DNA of 64,000 nucleotides from Escherichia coli (GTDB lineage Bacteria; Pseudomonadota; Gammaproteobacteria; Enterobacterales; Enterobacteriaceae): NCBI RefSeq assembly GCF_030013205.1, contig NZ_CP122648.1; one strand, 5' to 3'. Shown piece by piece: positions 1 to 16,836 of this stretch (position 1 is its first letter; each line of letters starts with the position of its first letter). The notes under the pieces were generated by a model. It saw only the letters and a program-made list of their open reading frames with translations, ran no database searches and was not told where the DNA came from. The position numbers and the translations under genes were made by a program.

Positions 1-366
1 TTTTCCACCGAGATCGTCCGTTATGAGCTTTCAGGCCCACAAGGCATCGAACAAGCGATCCGCTTTTTAAGTCAGCAGTTTCGTGGCGGCACCGATCTGG
101 CCAGTTGTTTTCGCGCCATTATGGAACGCTTGCAAAGTCGGGAGTGGTTTGACGCCGATGCGGTGGTGATTTCTGATTTTATCGCCCAGCGGTTGCCTGA
201 CGACGTGACGAGCAAAGTGAAAGAGTTGCAGCGGGTACATCAGAATCGCTTTCATGCCGTGGCGATGTCGGCACATGGCAAACCCGGCATCATGCGCATT
301 TTCGATCATATCTGGCGCTTTGATACCGGGATGCGAAGCCGCCTGCTCAGACGCTGGCGGCGATAA
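1..366 (+). CDS. 3' end of a CDS entering from the window edge; by position next to asnA probably the viaA/yieM-type VWA-domain protein gene
   Basis: Frame 1 is open from base 1 to the TAA at 364-366 and is convergent with asnA. Identity is inferred from the conserved K-12 neighbourhood only. Confidence 0.5.
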   Translation, partial: FSTEIVRYELSGPQGIEQAIRFLSQQFRGGTDLASCFRAIMERLQSREWFDADAVVISDFIAQRLPDDVTSKVKELQRVHQNRFHAVAMSAHGKPGIMRIFDHIWRFDTGMRSRLLRRWRR

Positions 367-370
367 ACAA

Positions 371-1363
371 TTACAGCAGAGAAGGGACGCTCTCGCGAAC
401 AGCTGCCGGCCATACACCACACTGAACCTGGCCGATATGCGGCAGTTGCAGCAGCAGCATGGTCAAACGAGACTGGCCGATACCGCCGCCGATGGTCTGC
501 GGCATTTCACCGCGCAGCAGCGCCTGATGCCACTCCAGCTGCAGACGATCTTCATCACCGGTCAGCGCCAGCTGATGCTTCAACGTATCGGCATCCACGC
601 GGATCCCCATGGAAGAAAGCTCAAACGCATCTTCCAGTACCGGGTTCCATACCAGAATATCGCCGTTCAGACCCGCATGGCCCAGCTCTGACGGGGTGCT
701 CCAGTCATCATAATCCGGTGCGCGCACGTCGTGACGATGACCATCACTCAACTTGCCGCCAATCCCGACGAGGAATACCGCGCCAAGATCTTTCGCAATC
801 GCCCGCTCACGCCCTTTGGCATCGAGATCCGGATAACGAGACAGTAACTCCTGGCTGTGTACGAAGTGGATCTGATCCGGCAGGAACGGTGCCAGGCCAA
901 ACTCTTCGCTAACCGCAGCTTCGGTTGCTTTAATTCCCGCCCAGATCGCCTCTACCGTGCTTTTCAGAGTCGAGAATTGACGCTCGCCGTCGCCCATTAC
1001 GCGTTCCCAGTCCCACTGGTCTACATAGACCGAGTGCAACGGAGAAAGACGGTCTTCATCGGGGCGAAGGGCTTTCATGTGCGTGTACAGCCCTTCGCCC
1101 GCGCTGAAGTCGTGTTGCCCTAAGGTCTGACGTTTCCACTTCGCCAGTGAATGAACCACTTCGAACTGGGCATCAGGCAGAGCTTTTACTTTTACCTGCA
1201 CCGCTTTTTCACAGCCCGACAAGTTATCCTGCGTGCCATCCCCCACACGGCTAAGAATCGGCGCCTGGACTTCGATCAGCCCCAGACGTTCTTCCAGTTG
1301 ACGAGAAAAGTGAGATTTCACGAAGCTAATTTGGCGTTGTTTGGCAATGTAAGCGGTTTTCAT
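371..1363 (-). CDS. asnA: aspartate-ammonia ligase (asparagine synthetase A)
   Basis: 330-aa ORF whose sequence ([43 protein letters not shown]...) I recognise as AsnA; divergent from asnC as in E. coli. Confidence 0.95.
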
Positions 1364-1514
1364 TTTTTATACTCCTGCGTCCTGTTGCTTATGATTAAGC
1401 AACAAAAACCGGCACACATGCAATAATCATTCAATAAAAAGCCTAACTCACTTTTGATTCATTAAAAAAGAAGGCTAAAATAGAATGAATCATCAATCCG
1501 CATAAGAAAATCCT

Positions 1515-1973
1515 ATGGAAAATTATCTAATCGACAATCTGGACCGTGGCATCCTGGAAGCATTAATGGGCAATGCGCGCACCGCTTACGCCGAACTGGC
1601 GAAACAATTTGGCGTCAGTCCGGGGACGATTCACGTTCGAGTAGAGAAAATGAAGCAGGCGGGAATCATTACCGGGGCGCGTATTGATGTCAGCCCGAAG
1701 CAGCTTGGTTATGACGTAGGCTGCTTTATCGGCATTATATTAAAGAGCGCCAAAGACTATCCTTCCGCGCTGGCAAAGCTGGAAAGCCTCGATGAAGTCA
1801 CTGAAGCCTATTACACAACCGGCCACTACAGCATCTTTATAAAAGTGATGTGCCGTTCGATCGATGCTCTCCAGCATGTACTTATCAACAAGATCCAAAC
1901 AATTGATGAAATTCAGTCCACCGAGACACTGATCGTCCTGCAGAACCCGATCATGCGTACCATTAAGCCCTGA
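1515..1973 (+). CDS. asnC: Lrp/AsnC-family transcriptional regulator AsnC
   Basis: 152-aa ORF (MENYLIDNLDRGILEALMGNARTAYAELAKQFGVSPGTIHVRVEKMKQAGII...) with HTH, divergent from asnA. Confidence 0.95.
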   Translation: MENYLIDNLDRGILEALMGNARTAYAELAKQFGVSPGTIHVRVEKMKQAGIITGARIDVSPKQLGYDVGCFIGIILKSAKDYPSALAKLESLDEVTEAYYTTGHYSIFIKVMCRSIDALQHVLINKIQTIDEIQSTETLIVLQNPIMRTIKP

Positions 1974-2062
1974 TCGGCTTTTTTAATCCCATACTTTTCC
2001 ACAGGTAGATCCCAACGCGTTCACAGCGTACAATACGCCACTCTTAATAAAGGTGGCGGTTT

Positions 2063-2506
2063 ATGGCAGATATCACTCTTATCAGCGGCAGCACCCTCGG
2101 CGGTGCCGAATATGTGGCAGAACACCTGGCTGAAAAGCTGGAAGAGGCGGGTTTTACCACCGAAACGCTGCACGGTCCGCTGTTGGAAGATTTATCTGCC
2201 TCGGGGATCTGGCTGGTTATCAGCTCAACCCACGGTGCCGGAGATATTCCGGATAACCTTTCTCCTTTCTATGAAGCATTGCAGGAACAGAAGCCCGATC
2301 TTTCTGCGGTCCGCTTTGGCGCTATCGGTATTGGCAGTCGTGAATATGACACCTTTTGTGGGGCTATCGATAAACTCGAGGCAGAACTCAAAAATTCCGG
2401 TGCAAAACAGACAGGCGAAACACTGAAGATCAACATTCTTGATCACGACATTCCGGAAGATCCGGCAGAAGAATGGCTGGGATCGTGGATTAATTTACTC
2501 AAATAA
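2063..2506 (+). CDS. mioC: flavodoxin-like FMN-binding protein MioC
   Basis: 147-aa ORF (MADITLISGSTLGGAEYVAEHLAEKLEEAGF...) transcribed toward oriC. Confidence 0.93.
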   Translation: MADITLISGSTLGGAEYVAEHLAEKLEEAGFTTETLHGPLLEDLSASGIWLVISSTHGAGDIPDNLSPFYEALQEQKPDLSAVRFGAIGIGSREYDTFCGAIDKLEAELKNSGAKQTGETLKINILDHDIPEDPAEEWLGSWINLLK

Positions 2507-2519
2507 GTATACAGATCGT

Positions 2520-2796
2520 GCGATCTACTGTGGATAACTCTGTCAGGAAGCTTGGATCAACCGGTAGTTATCCAAAGAACAACCGTTGTTCAGTTTTTGA
2601 GTTGTGTATAACCCCTCATTCTGATCCCAGCTTATACGGTCCAGGATCACCGATCATTCACAGTTAATGATCCTTTCCAGGTTGTTGATCTTAAAAGCCG
2701 GATCCTTGTTATCCACAGGGCAGTGCGATCCTAATAAGAGATCACAATAGAACAGATCTCTAAATAAATAGATCTTCTTTTTAATACCCAGGATCC
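2520..2796. other. oriC: oriC chromosomal replication origin (reverse-complement orientation relative to the usual depiction)
   Basis: Dense GATC cluster; DnaA boxes TGTGGATAA at 2529-2537 and TTATCCACA at 2709-2717; three AT-rich 13-mers (ctaataagagatc 2731-2743, aatagaacagatc 2746-2758, aaataaatagatc 2762-2774); sits between mioC and mnmG. Confidence 0.92.
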
Positions 2797-2884
2797 CAGG
2801 TCTTTCTCAAGCCGACAAAGTTGAGTAGAATCCACGGCCCGGGCTTCAATCCATTTTCATACCGCGTTATGCGAGGCAATCACC

Positions 2885-4774
2885 ATGTTTTATCCGGATC
2901 CTTTTGACGTCATCATCATTGGCGGGGGTCATGCAGGCACCGAGGCCGCGATGGCCGCGGCGCGTATGGGTCAACAGACTCTGCTTTTGACACACAATAT
3001 CGACACTCTGGGGCAGATGAGCTGCAACCCGGCGATCGGCGGTATTGGGAAGGGACATCTGGTAAAAGAAGTGGATGCACTCGGCGGTCTGATGGCGAAA
3101 GCGATCGATCAGGCGGGTATCCAGTTTAGGATACTAAACGCAAGCAAGGGGCCAGCGGTTCGCGCTACCCGTGCTCAGGCGGATCGTGTGCTCTACCGGC
3201 AGGCGGTACGTACGGCGCTGGAGAACCAACCGAACCTGATGATCTTCCAGCAGGCGGTTGAAGATCTTATTGTCGAAAACGATCGCGTGGTCGGTGCTGT
3301 TACCCAAATGGGACTGAAGTTCCGTGCCAAAGCCGTCGTGCTCACCGTTGGGACGTTCCTCGACGGTAAAATTCATATCGGTCTGGATAACTACAGCGGT
3401 GGCCGTGCTGGTGATCCGCCGTCCATTCCGCTCTCTCGCCGTTTGCGTGAACTGCCGCTGCGCGTTGGTCGTCTGAAAACCGGGACACCGCCGCGTATTG
3501 ATGCGCGTACTATCGACTTCAGCGTGCTGGCGCAACAGCATGGCGATAACCCAATGCCGGTATTCTCGTTTATGGGCAATGCGTCCCAGCATCCACAGCA
3601 GGTGCCGTGTTATATCACCCATACCAACGAGAAAACCCATGATGTGATCCGCAGTAACCTCGATCGTAGCCCAATGTATGCAGGGGTGATCGAAGGTGTC
3701 GGCCCACGCTACTGCCCGTCGATCGAAGACAAAGTCATGCGCTTCGCCGACAGAAATCAGCATCAGATCTTCCTTGAACCGGAAGGGCTGACCTCAAACG
3801 AAATTTATCCGAACGGTATCTCCACCAGCCTGCCGTTCGATGTGCAGATGCAAATCGTCCGCTCCATGCAGGGGATGGAAAACGCGAAGATCGTACGTCC
3901 GGGTTATGCCATTGAGTATGACTTCTTCGATCCACGCGACCTGAAACCGACGCTGGAGAGCAAGTTTATCCAGGGGCTGTTCTTTGCTGGTCAGATTAAC
4001 GGCACTACCGGTTACGAAGAAGCCGCTGCGCAAGGTTTGCTGGCTGGTCTTAACGCTGCCCGTCTGTCTGCTGACAAAGAAGGTTGGGCTCCGGCGCGTT
4101 CTCAGGCGTATCTCGGCGTACTGGTTGATGACCTGTGCACTTTAGGAACCAAAGAACCGTATCGTATGTTTACTTCGCGCGCAGAATATCGTCTGATGCT
4201 GCGCGAAGATAATGCGGATCTGCGTTTGACTGAAATCGGTCGTGAACTGGGCCTGGTGGATGACGAACGTTGGGCGCGCTTTAACGAGAAACTTGAGAAT
4301 ATCGAGCGTGAGCGTCAGCGTCTGAAATCGACCTGGGTAACCCCGTCGGCGGAAGCTGCAGCCGAAGTGAATGCTCACCTGACTGCGCCGCTTTCCCGTG
4401 AAGCCAGTGGTGAAGATCTGCTGCGTCGTCCGGAAATGACTTATGAAAAATTAACCACGCTGACGCCGTTTGCCCCTGCGTTGACAGACGAACAGGCGGC
4501 GGAACAGGTTGAGATTCAGGTTAAATACGAAGGTTATATCGCGCGCCAGCAAGATGAGATCGAAAAGCAGCTGCGTAACGAGAACACCCTGCTACCAGCG
4601 ACGCTGGATTACCGCCAGGTATCCGGTCTTTCTAACGAAGTGATCGCCAAACTTAACGATCACAAACCGGCCTCTATCGGCCAGGCTTCGCGTATTTCTG
4701 GCGTCACGCCTGCGGCCATCTCCATTCTGCTGGTATGGCTGAAAAAACAGGGTATGCTGCGTCGTAGCGCATAA
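2885..4774 (+). CDS. mnmG: tRNA uridine-5-carboxymethylaminomethyl modification enzyme MnmG (GidA)
   Basis: 629-aa ORF with FAD-binding N-terminus ([20 protein letters not shown]). Confidence 0.97.
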
Positions 4775-4837
4775 CGCATTAAAAATGCCTGGTAAGCACC
4801 CGCTTACCGGGCAACGCATCAAGAACAGGTAATCACC

Positions 4838-5461
4838 GTGCTCAACAAACTCACCTCTCTGCTGAAAGACGCAGGAATTTCGCTTACCGATCACCAGAAA
4901 AACCAGCTAATTGCCTACGTGAATATGCTGCATAAATGGAATAAAGCGTACAACCTGACTTCGGTCCGCGATCCTAATGAGATGCTGGTACGCCATATTC
5001 TCGATAGCATTGTGGTGGCACCGTATCTGCAAGGTGAACGGTTTATCGATGTCGGCACCGGACCAGGACTGCCTGGCATTCCACTCTCTATCGTGCGTCC
5101 TGAAGCCCACTTCACGTTGTTGGATAGCCTTGGTAAACGCGTGCGTTTCCTTCGTCAGGTGCAACATGAGCTTAAACTGGAGAATATTGAGCCAGTACAG
5201 AGCAGGGTAGAAGAGTTTCCTTCAGAGCCGCCATTTGATGGCGTAATTAGCCGCGCTTTTGCCTCTCTGAACGATATGGTGAGCTGGTGCCACCATCTTC
5301 CTGGTGAGCAAGGTCGTTTCTACGCGCTGAAAGGCCAAATGCCGGAAGATGAAATCGCTTTGTTGCCCGAAGAATATCAGGTCGAATCAGTGGTTAAACT
5401 TCACGTTCCGGCCCTGGATGGCGAACGTCATCTGGTGGTGATTAAAGCAAATAAAATTTAA
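4838..5461 (+). CDS. rsmG: 16S rRNA m7G527 methyltransferase RsmG (GidB)
   Basis: 207-aa ORF with GTG start, immediately downstream of mnmG. Confidence 0.95.
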   Translation: MLNKLTSLLKDAGISLTDHQKNQLIAYVNMLHKWNKAYNLTSVRDPNEMLVRHILDSIVVAPYLQGERFIDVGTGPGLPGIPLSIVRPEAHFTLLDSLGKRVRFLRQVQHELKLENIEPVQSRVEEFPSEPPFDGVISRAFASLNDMVSWCHHLPGEQGRFYALKGQMPEDEIALLPEEYQVESVVKLHVPALDGERHLVVIKANKI

Positions 5462-6077
5462 TTTTTATCAAAAAAATCATAAAAAATTGACCGGTTAGAC
5501 TGTTAACAACAACCAGGTTTTCTACTGATATAACTGGTTACATTTAACGCCACGTTCACTCTTTTGCATCAACAAAGTAACGTGGCTTTTTTTGGTAAGC
5601 AGAAAATAAGTCATAAGTGAAAATATCAGTCTGCTAAAAATCGGCGCTAAGAATCATCATTTGCTGTTAAAACATTATTAAAAATGTCAATGGGTGGTTT
5701 TTGTTGTGTAAGTGTCATTTATTAAAACAGTATCTGTTTTTAGACTGAAATATCATAAACTTGCAAAGGCATCATTTGCCAAGTAAATAAATATGCTGTG
5801 CGCGAACATGCTCAATATGTGATCTGAAGCACGCTTTATCACCAGTGTTTACGCGTTATTTACAGTTTTTCATGATCGAACAGGGTTTGCAGAAAAGTCG
5901 CAATTGTATGCACTGGAAAAATATTTAAACATTTATTCACCTTTTGGCTACTTATTGTTTGAAATCACGGGGGCGCACCGTATAATTTGACCGCTTTTTG
6001 ATGCTTGACTCTAAGCCTTAAAGAAAGTTTTATACGACACGCGGCATACCTCGAAGGGAGCAGGAGTGAAAAACGTG

Positions 6078-7282
<1,205 letters not shown>

Positions 7283-7310
7283 TTTACCAACACTACTACG
7301 TTTTAACTGA

Positions 7311-7585
<275 letters not shown>

Positions 7586-7629
7586 TAAAGAGCAATATCA
7601 GAACGTTAACTAAATAGAGGCATTGTGCT

Positions 7630-8100
7630 GTGAATCTTAACGCAACAATCCTCGGCCAGGCCATCGCGTTTGTCCTGTTCGTTCTGTTCTGCATGAAGTA
7701 CGTATGGCCGCCATTAATGGCAGCCATCGAAAAACGTCAAAAAGAAATTGCTGACGGCCTTGCTTCCGCAGAACGAGCACATAAGGACCTTGACCTTGCA
7801 AAGGCCAGCGCGACCGACCAGCTGAAAAAAGCGAAAGCGGAAGCCCAGGTAATCATCGAGCAGGCTAACAAACGCCGCTCGCAGATTCTGGACGAAGCGA
7901 AAGCTGAGGCAGAACAGGAACGTACTAAAATCGTGGCCCAGGCGCAGGCGGAAATTGAAGCCGAGCGTAAACGTGCCCGTGAAGAGCTGCGTAAGCAAGT
8001 TGCTATCCTGGCTGTTGCTGGCGCCGAGAAGATCATCGAACGTTCCGTGGATGAAGCTGCTAACAGCGACATCGTGGATAAACTTGTCGCTGAACTGTAA
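7630..8100 (+). CDS. atpF: F0F1 ATP synthase subunit b
   Basis: 156-aa ORF with GTG start, N-terminal membrane anchor then a charged helical region. Confidence 0.96.
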
Positions 8101-8114
8101 GGAGGGAGGGGCTG

Positions 8115-8648
8115 ATGTCTGAATTTATTACGGTAGCTCGCCCCTACGCCAAAGCAGCTTTTGACTTTGCCGTCGAACACCAAAGTGTAGAACGCTGGCA
8201 GGACATGCTGGCGTTTGCCGCCGAGGTAACCAAAAACGAACAAATGGCAGAGCTTCTCTCTGGCGCGCTTGCGCCAGAAACGCTCGCCGAGTCGTTTATC
8301 GCAGTTTGTGGTGAGCAACTGGACGAAAACGGTCAGAACCTGATTCGGGTAATGGCCGAAAATGGTCGTCTTAACGCGCTCCCGGATGTTCTGGAGCAGT
8401 TTATTCACCTGCGTGCCGTGAGTGAGGCTACCGCTGAGGTAGACGTCATTTCCGCTGCCGCATTGAGTGAACAACAGCTCGCGAAAATTTCTGCTGCGAT
8501 GGAAAAACGTCTGTCACGCAAAGTTAAGCTGAATTGCAAAATCGATAAGTCTGTAATGGCAGGCGTTATCATCCGAGCGGGTGATATGGTCATTGATGGC
8601 AGCGTACGCGGTCGTCTTGAGCGCCTTGCAGACGTCTTGCAGTCTTAA
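8115..8648 (+). CDS. atpH: F0F1 ATP synthase subunit delta
   Basis: 177-aa ORF in operon position. Confidence 0.96.
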
Positions 8649-8660
8649 GGGGACTGGAGC

Positions 8661-10202
8661 ATGCAACTGAATTCCACCGAAATCAGCGAACTGATCAAGC
8701 AGCGCATTGCTCAGTTCAATGTTGTGAGTGAAGCTCACAACGAAGGTACTATTGTTTCTGTAAGTGACGGTGTTATCCGCATCCACGGCCTGGCCGATTG
8801 TATGCAGGGTGAAATGATCTCCCTGCCGGGTAACCGTTACGCTATCGCACTGAACCTCGAGCGCGACTCTGTAGGTGCGGTTGTTATGGGTCCGTACGCT
8901 GACCTTGCCGAAGGCATGAAAGTTAAGTGTACTGGCCGTATCCTGGAAGTTCCGGTTGGCCGTGGCCTGCTGGGCCGTGTGGTTAACACTCTGGGTGCAC
9001 CAATCGATGGTAAAGGTCCGCTGGATCACGACGGCTTCTCTGCTGTAGAAGCAATCGCTCCGGGCGTTATCGAACGTCAGTCCGTAGATCAGCCGGTACA
9101 GACCGGTTATAAAGCCGTTGACTCCATGATCCCAATCGGTCGTGGTCAGCGTGAATTGATCATCGGTGACCGTCAGACCGGTAAAACCGCACTGGCTATC
9201 GATGCCATCATCAACCAGCGCGATTCCGGTATCAAATGTATCTATGTCGCTATCGGCCAGAAAGCGTCCACCATTTCTAACGTGGTACGTAAACTGGAAG
9301 AGCACGGCGCACTGGCTAACACCATCGTTGTGGTAGCAACCGCGTCTGAATCCGCTGCACTGCAATACCTGGCACCGTACGCTGGTTGCGCAATGGGCGA
9401 ATACTTCCGTGACCGCGGTGAAGATGCGCTGATCATTTACGATGACCTGTCTAAACAGGCTGTTGCTTACCGTCAGATCTCCCTGCTGCTCCGTCGTCCG
9501 CCAGGACGTGAAGCATTCCCGGGCGACGTATTCTACCTCCACTCTCGTCTGCTGGAGCGTGCTGCGCGTGTTAACGCCGAATACGTTGAAGCCTTCACCA
9601 AAGGTGAAGTGAAAGGGAAAACCGGTTCTCTGACCGCGCTGCCGATTATCGAAACTCAGGCGGGTGACGTTTCTGCGTTCGTTCCAACCAACGTAATCTC
9701 CATTACCGATGGTCAGATCTTCCTGGAAACCAACCTGTTCAACGCCGGTATTCGTCCTGCGGTTAACCCGGGTATTTCCGTATCCCGTGTTGGTGGTGCA
9801 GCACAGACCAAGATCATGAAAAAACTGTCCGGTGGTATCCGTACCGCTCTGGCACAGTATCGTGAACTGGCAGCGTTCTCTCAGTTTGCATCCGACCTTG
9901 ACGATGCAACACGTAAGCAGCTTGACCACGGTCAGAAAGTGACCGAACTGCTGAAACAGAAACAGTATGCGCCGATGTCCGTAGCGCAACAGTCTCTGGT
10001 TCTGTTCGCAGCAGAACGTGGTTACCTGGCGGATGTTGAACTGTCGAAAATCGGCAGCTTCGAAGCCGCTCTGCTGGCTTACGTCGACCGTGATCACGCT
10101 CCGTTGATGCAAGAGATCAACCAGACCGGTGGCTACAACGACGAAATCGAAGGCAAGCTGAAAGGCATCCTCGATTCCTTCAAAGCAACCCAATCCTGGT
10201 AA
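8661..10202 (+). CDS. atpA: F0F1 ATP synthase subunit alpha
   Basis: 513-aa ORF with Walker A motif GDRQTGKT. Confidence 0.98.
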
Positions 10203-10252
10203 CGTCTGGCGGCTTGCCTTAGGGCAGGCCGCAAGGCATTGAGGAGAAGCTC

Positions 10253-12525
<2,273 letters not shown>

Positions 12526-12545
12526 CGCCTTAATCGGAGGGTGAT

Positions 12546-12965
12546 ATGGCAATGACTTACCACCTGGACGTCGTCAGTGCAGAGCAACAAATGTTCTCTG
12601 GTCTGGTCGAGAAAATCCAGGTAACGGGTAGCGAAGGTGAACTGGGGATCTACCCTGGCCACGCACCGCTGCTCACCGCCATTAAGCCTGGTATGATTCG
12701 CATCGTGAAACAGCACGGTCACGAAGAGTTTATCTATCTGTCTGGCGGCATTCTTGAAGTGCAGCCTGGCAACGTGACCGTTCTGGCCGACACCGCAATT
12801 CGCGGCCAGGATCTCGACGAAGCGCGAGCCATGGAAGCGAAACGTAAGGCTGAAGAGCACATTAGCAGCTCTCACGGCGACGTAGATTACGCTCAGGCGT
12901 CTGCGGAACTGGCCAAAGCGATCGCGCAGCTGCGCGTTATCGAGTTGACCAAAAAAGCGATGTAA
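12546..12965 (+). CDS. atpC: F0F1 ATP synthase subunit epsilon
   Basis: 139-aa ORF ([43 protein letters not shown]...). Confidence 0.97.
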
Positions 12966-12986
12966 CACCGGCTTGAAAAGCACAAA

Positions 12987-13017
12987 AGCCAGTCTGGAAA
13001 CAGGCTGGCTTTTTTTT
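12987..13017 (+). terminator. rho-independent terminator of the atp operon
   Basis: Imperfect hairpin gccagtctgg...caggctggc followed by a run of eight T, directly after the atpC stop. Confidence 0.75.
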
Positions 13018-13315
13018 ACGCGTTGCCCCGTCCTGAATAGCGTTCACATAGATCCTGCTGATATAAAACACCCTGTTTTCCCGTTTATTCATTGATCGAA
13101 ATAAGAGCAAAAACATCCACCTGACGCTTAAATGAAGGTATTGCCTTATTTTTCTGCAGACAAAAGGCGTGACGATGGTCGAAAATGGCGCTTTCGTCAG
13201 CGGGGATAATCCGTTATTGAACAATTTATCCTCTGTCCATTTCACGATGAAAAAAATGTAGTTTTTTCAAGGTGAAGCGGTTTAAATTCGTTCTCAAATT
13301 ACAGTCAGGACGCGT

Positions 13316-14686
13316 ATGTTGAATAATGCTATGAGCGTAGTGATCCTTGCCGCAGGCAAAGGCACGCGCATGTATTCCGATCTTCCGAAAGTGCTGCATA
13401 CCCTTGCCGGGAAAGCGATGGTTCAGCATGTCATTGATGCTGCGAATGAATTAGGCGCGGCGCACGTTCACCTGGTGTACGGTCACGGCGGCGATCTGCT
13501 TAAACAGGCGCTGAAAGATGACAACCTGAACTGGGTGCTTCAGGCAGAACAGCTGGGTACAGGTCATGCGATGCAGCAGGCCGCACTTTTCTTTGCCGAT
13601 GATGAAGACATTTTAATGCTCTACGGCGACGTGCCGCTGATCTCTGTCGAAACACTCCAGCGCCTGCGTGATGCTAAACCGCAGGGTGGCATTGGTCTGC
13701 TGACGGTAAAACTGGATGATCCGACCGGTTATGGACGTATCACCCGTGAAAACGGCAAAGTTACCGGCATTGTTGAGCACAAAGACGCCACCGACGAGCA
13801 GCGTCAGATTCAGGAGATCAACACCGGCATTCTGATTGCCAACGGCGCAGATATGAAACGCTGGCTGGCGAAGCTGACCAACAATAACGCTCAGGGTGAA
13901 TACTACATCACCGACATTATTGCGCTGGCGTATCAGGAAGGGCGTGAAATCGTCGCCGTTCATCCGCAACGTTTAAGCGAAGTAGAAGGCGTGAATAACC
14001 GCCTGCAACTCTCCCGACTGGAGCGCGTTTACCAGTCCGAACAGGCTGAAAAACTGCTGTTAGCAGGCGTTATGCTGCGCGATCCGGCGCGTTTTGATCT
14101 GCGCGGTACGCTTACTCACGGGCGCGATGTTGAAATTGATACTAACGTTATCATCGAGGGCAACGTGACTCTCGGTCATCGCGTGAAAATCGGCACCGGT
14201 TGCGTGATTAAAAACAGCGTGATTGGCGATGATTGCGAAATTAGCCCGTATACCGTTGTGGAAGATGCGAATCTGGCAGCGGCCTGTACCATTGGCCCGT
14301 TTGCCCGTCTGCGTCCTGGTGCTGAGTTGCTGGAAGGTGCACACGTCGGTAACTTCGTTGAGATGAAAAAAGCGCGTCTGGGTAAAGGCTCGAAAGCTGG
14401 TCATCTGACTTACCTGGGCGATGCGGAAATTGGCGATAACGTTAACATCGGCGCGGGAACCATTACCTGCAACTACGATGGTGCGAATAAATTTAAGACC
14501 ATTATCGGTGACGATGTGTTTGTCGGTTCCGACACTCAGCTGGTGGCCCCGGTTACAGTAGGCAAAGGCGCGACCATTGCTGCGGGTACAACTGTGACGC
14601 GTAATGTCGGCGAAAACGCCCTGGCGATCAGCCGTGTGCCGCAGACTCAAAAAGAAGGCTGGCGTCGTCCGGTAAAGAAAAAGTAA
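13316..14686 (+). CDS. glmU: bifunctional GlcNAc-1-P uridyltransferase / GlcN-1-P acetyltransferase GlmU
   Basis: 456-aa ORF ([28 protein letters not shown]...) with C-terminal left-handed beta-helix hexapeptide repeats. Confidence 0.97.
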   Translation: MLNNAMSVVILAAGKGTRMYSDLPKVLHTLAGKAMVQHVIDAANELGAAHVHLVYGHGGDLLKQALKDDNLNWVLQAEQLGTGHAMQQAALFFADDEDILMLYGDVPLISVETLQRLRDAKPQGGIGLLTVKLDDPTGYGRITRENGKVTGIVEHKDATDEQRQIQEINTGILIANGADMKRWLAKLTNNNAQGEYYITDIIALAYQEGREIVAVHPQRLSEVEGVNNRLQLSRLERVYQSEQAEKLLLAGVMLRDPARFDLRGTLTHGRDVEIDTNVIIEGNVTLGHRVKIGTGCVIKNSVIGDDCEISPYTVVEDANLAAACTIGPFARLRPGAELLEGAHVGNFVEMKKARLGKGSKAGHLTYLGDAEIGDNVNIGAGTITCNYDGANKFKTIIGDDVFVGSDTQLVAPVTVGKGATIAAGTTVTRNVGENALAISRVPQTQKEGWRRPVKKK

Positions 14687-14847
14687 TTCTGGCCGGGTAA
14701 TACGGTCATATGGGATGAGGAGATAACATAATCTCCCGCCCACAAGCAGTAACTATAAAAATAACCCCACTCTCTACAAGGCTCGGGGCGCCCGAAAAAA
14801 CGGGCATACAGGTTGACCGACAACGATATAAATCGGAATCAAAAACT

Positions 14848-16677
14848 ATGTGTGGAATTGTTGGCGCGATCGCGCAACGTGATGTAGCAGAAATCCTTCT
14901 TGAAGGTTTACGTCGTCTTGAATACCGCGGATATGACTCTGCCGGTCTGGCCGTTGTTGATGCAGAAGGTCATATGACCCGCCTGCGTCGCCTCGGTAAA
15001 GTCCAGATGCTGGCTCAGGCAGCGGAAGAACATCCTCTGCATGGCGGCACCGGTATTGCTCATACTCGCTGGGCGACCCACGGTGAACCTTCAGAAGCTA
15101 ACGCGCATCCGCATGTTTCTGAACACATTGTGGTGGTGCATAACGGCATCATCGAAAACCATGAACCGCTGCGTGAAGAGTTAAAAGCGCGTGGCTATAC
15201 CTTCGTTTCTGAAACCGACACCGAAGTGATTGCCCATCTGGTGAACTGGGAGCTGAAACAAGGCGGTACTCTGCGTGAGGCTGTTCTGCGTGCTATCCCG
15301 CAACTGCGTGGTGCGTACGGTACAGTGATCATGGACTCCCGTCACCCGGATACCCTGCTGGCGGCACGTTCTGGTAGCCCGCTGGTGATTGGTCTGGGCA
15401 TGGGCGAAAACTTTATCGCTTCTGACCAGCTGGCGCTGTTGCCAGTGACCCGTCGCTTTATCTTCCTTGAAGAGGGCGATATTGCGGAAATCACTCGCCG
15501 TTCGGTAAACATCTTCGATAAAACTGGCGCGGAAGTAAAACGTCAGGATATCGAATCCAATCTGCAATATGACGCGGGCGATAAAGGTATTTACCGCCAC
15601 TACATGCAGAAAGAGATCTACGAACAACCGAACGCGATCAAAAACACCCTTACCGGGCGCATCAGCCACGGTCAGGTTGATTTAAGCGAGCTGGGACCGA
15701 ACGCCGACGAACTGCTGTCGAAGGTTGAGCATATTCAGATCCTCGCCTGTGGTACTTCTTATAACTCCGGTATGGTTTCCCGCTACTGGTTTGAATCGCT
15801 GGCAGGTCTTCCGTGCGACGTCGAAATCGCCTCTGAATTCCGCTATCGCAAATCTGCCGTGCGCCGTAACAGCCTGATGATCACCTTGTCACAGTCTGGC
15901 GAAACCGCGGATACCCTGGCTGGCCTGCGTCTGTCAAAAGAGCTGGGTTACCTTGGTTCACTGGCAATCTGTAACGTTCCGGGTTCTTCTCTGGTGCGCG
16001 AATCCGATCTGGCGCTGATGACCAATGCCGGTACGGAAATTGGCGTGGCGTCCACTAAAGCATTCACCACTCAGTTAACTGTGCTGTTGATGCTGGTGGC
16101 GAAGCTGTCTCGTCTGAAAGGTCTGGATGCCTCCATTGAACATGACATCGTGCATGGTCTGCAGGCGCTGCCGAGCCGTATTGAGCAGATGCTGTCTCAG
16201 GACAAACGCATTGAAGCGCTGGCAGAAGATTTCTCTGACAAACATCACGCACTGTTCCTGGGCCGTGGCGATCAGTACCCAATCGCGCTGGAAGGCGCAT
16301 TGAAGCTGAAAGAGATCTCTTACATTCACGCTGAAGCCTACGCTGCAGGCGAACTGAAACACGGTCCGCTGGCGCTGATTGATGCCGATATGCCGGTTAT
16401 CGTCGTTGCACCGAACAACGAATTGCTGGAAAAACTGAAATCCAACATTGAAGAAGTTCGCGCGCGTGGCGGTCAGTTGTATGTCTTCGCCGATCAGGAT
16501 GCGGGTTTTGTAAGTAGCGATAACATGCACATCATCGAGATGCCGCATGTGGAAGAGGTGATTGCACCGATCTTCTACACTGTTCCGCTGCAACTACTGG
16601 CTTACCACGTTGCGCTGATCAAAGGCACCGACGTTGACCAGCCGCGTAACCTGGCGAAATCGGTTACGGTTGAGTAA
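14848..16677 (+). CDS. glmS: glutamine-fructose-6-phosphate aminotransferase GlmS
   Basis: 609-aa ORF with catalytic N-terminal Cys (MCGIVGAI...) ending ...AKSVTVE; its 3' end is the TnsD recognition region of attTn7. Confidence 0.98.
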   Translation: MCGIVGAIAQRDVAEILLEGLRRLEYRGYDSAGLAVVDAEGHMTRLRRLGKVQMLAQAAEEHPLHGGTGIAHTRWATHGEPSEANAHPHVSEHIVVVHNGIIENHEPLREELKARGYTFVSETDTEVIAHLVNWELKQGGTLREAVLRAIPQLRGAYGTVIMDSRHPDTLLAARSGSPLVIGLGMGENFIASDQLALLPVTRRFIFLEEGDIAEITRRSVNIFDKTGAEVKRQDIESNLQYDAGDKGIYRHYMQKEIYEQPNAIKNTLTGRISHGQVDLSELGPNADELLSKVEHIQILACGTSYNSGMVSRYWFESLAGLPCDVEIASEFRYRKSAVRRNSLMITLSQSGETADTLAGLRLSKELGYLGSLAICNVPGSSLVRESDLALMTNAGTEIGVASTKAFTTQLTVLLMLVAKLSRLKGLDASIEHDIVHGLQALPSRIEQMLSQDKRIEALAEDFSDKHHALFLGRGDQYPIALEGALKLKEISYIHAEAYAAGELKHGPLALIDADMPVIVVAPNNELLEKLKSNIEEVRARGGQLYVFADQDAGFVSSDNMHIIEMPHVEEVIAPIFYTVPLQLLAYHVALIKGTDVDQPRNLAKSVTVE

Positions 16678-16697
16678 TATCTCTCGTTGATAGAAAA

Positions 16698-16702
16698 GGG
16701 CT
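16698..16702. repeat. 5-bp target-site duplication (GGGCT), glmS-proximal copy
   Basis: GGGCT immediately precedes the Tn7 right terminus TGTGGGCG at 16703; an identical GGGCT follows the left terminus at 30324-30328. Confidence 0.8.
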
Positions 16703-16800
16703 TGTGGGCGGACAATAAAGTCTTAAACTGAACAAAATAGATCTAAACTATGACAATAAAGTCTTAAACTAGACAGAATAGTTGTAAACTGAAATCAGTC
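16703..16800. repeat. Tn7 right end (Tn7R) with clustered 22-bp TnsB-binding repeats
   Basis: Terminal TGTGGGCG followed by repeated gacaataaagtcttaaact(g/a)(a/g)ac units. Confidence 0.9.
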
Positions 16801-16836
16801 CAGTTATGCTGTGAAAAAGCATACTGGACTTTTGTT

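Noticed and set aside
2510-2800. GATC-rich repetitive sequence that might suggest a mobile-element end or restriction-site cluster
   Set aside because: Explained as oriC, with its 13-mers, DnaA boxes and Dam-methylation sites.
5462-6077. Long (about 600-bp) AT-rich non-coding region upstream of atpI
   Set aside because: This is the known long rsmG-atpI intergenic and atp promoter region in E. coli; no ORF or repeat structure was seen beyond promoter-like AT-richness.
8514-10193. 559-aa minus-strand ORF covering atpA
   Set aside because: Antisense to a highly conserved, strongly coding gene; a long open frame with no start context and an odd composition is a shadow ORF.
12937-13245. 102-aa minus-strand ORF in the atpC-glmU intergenic region
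   Set aside because: It overlaps the atp terminator and glmU promoter region, has no ribosome-binding site and no recognisable protein features; likely spurious.
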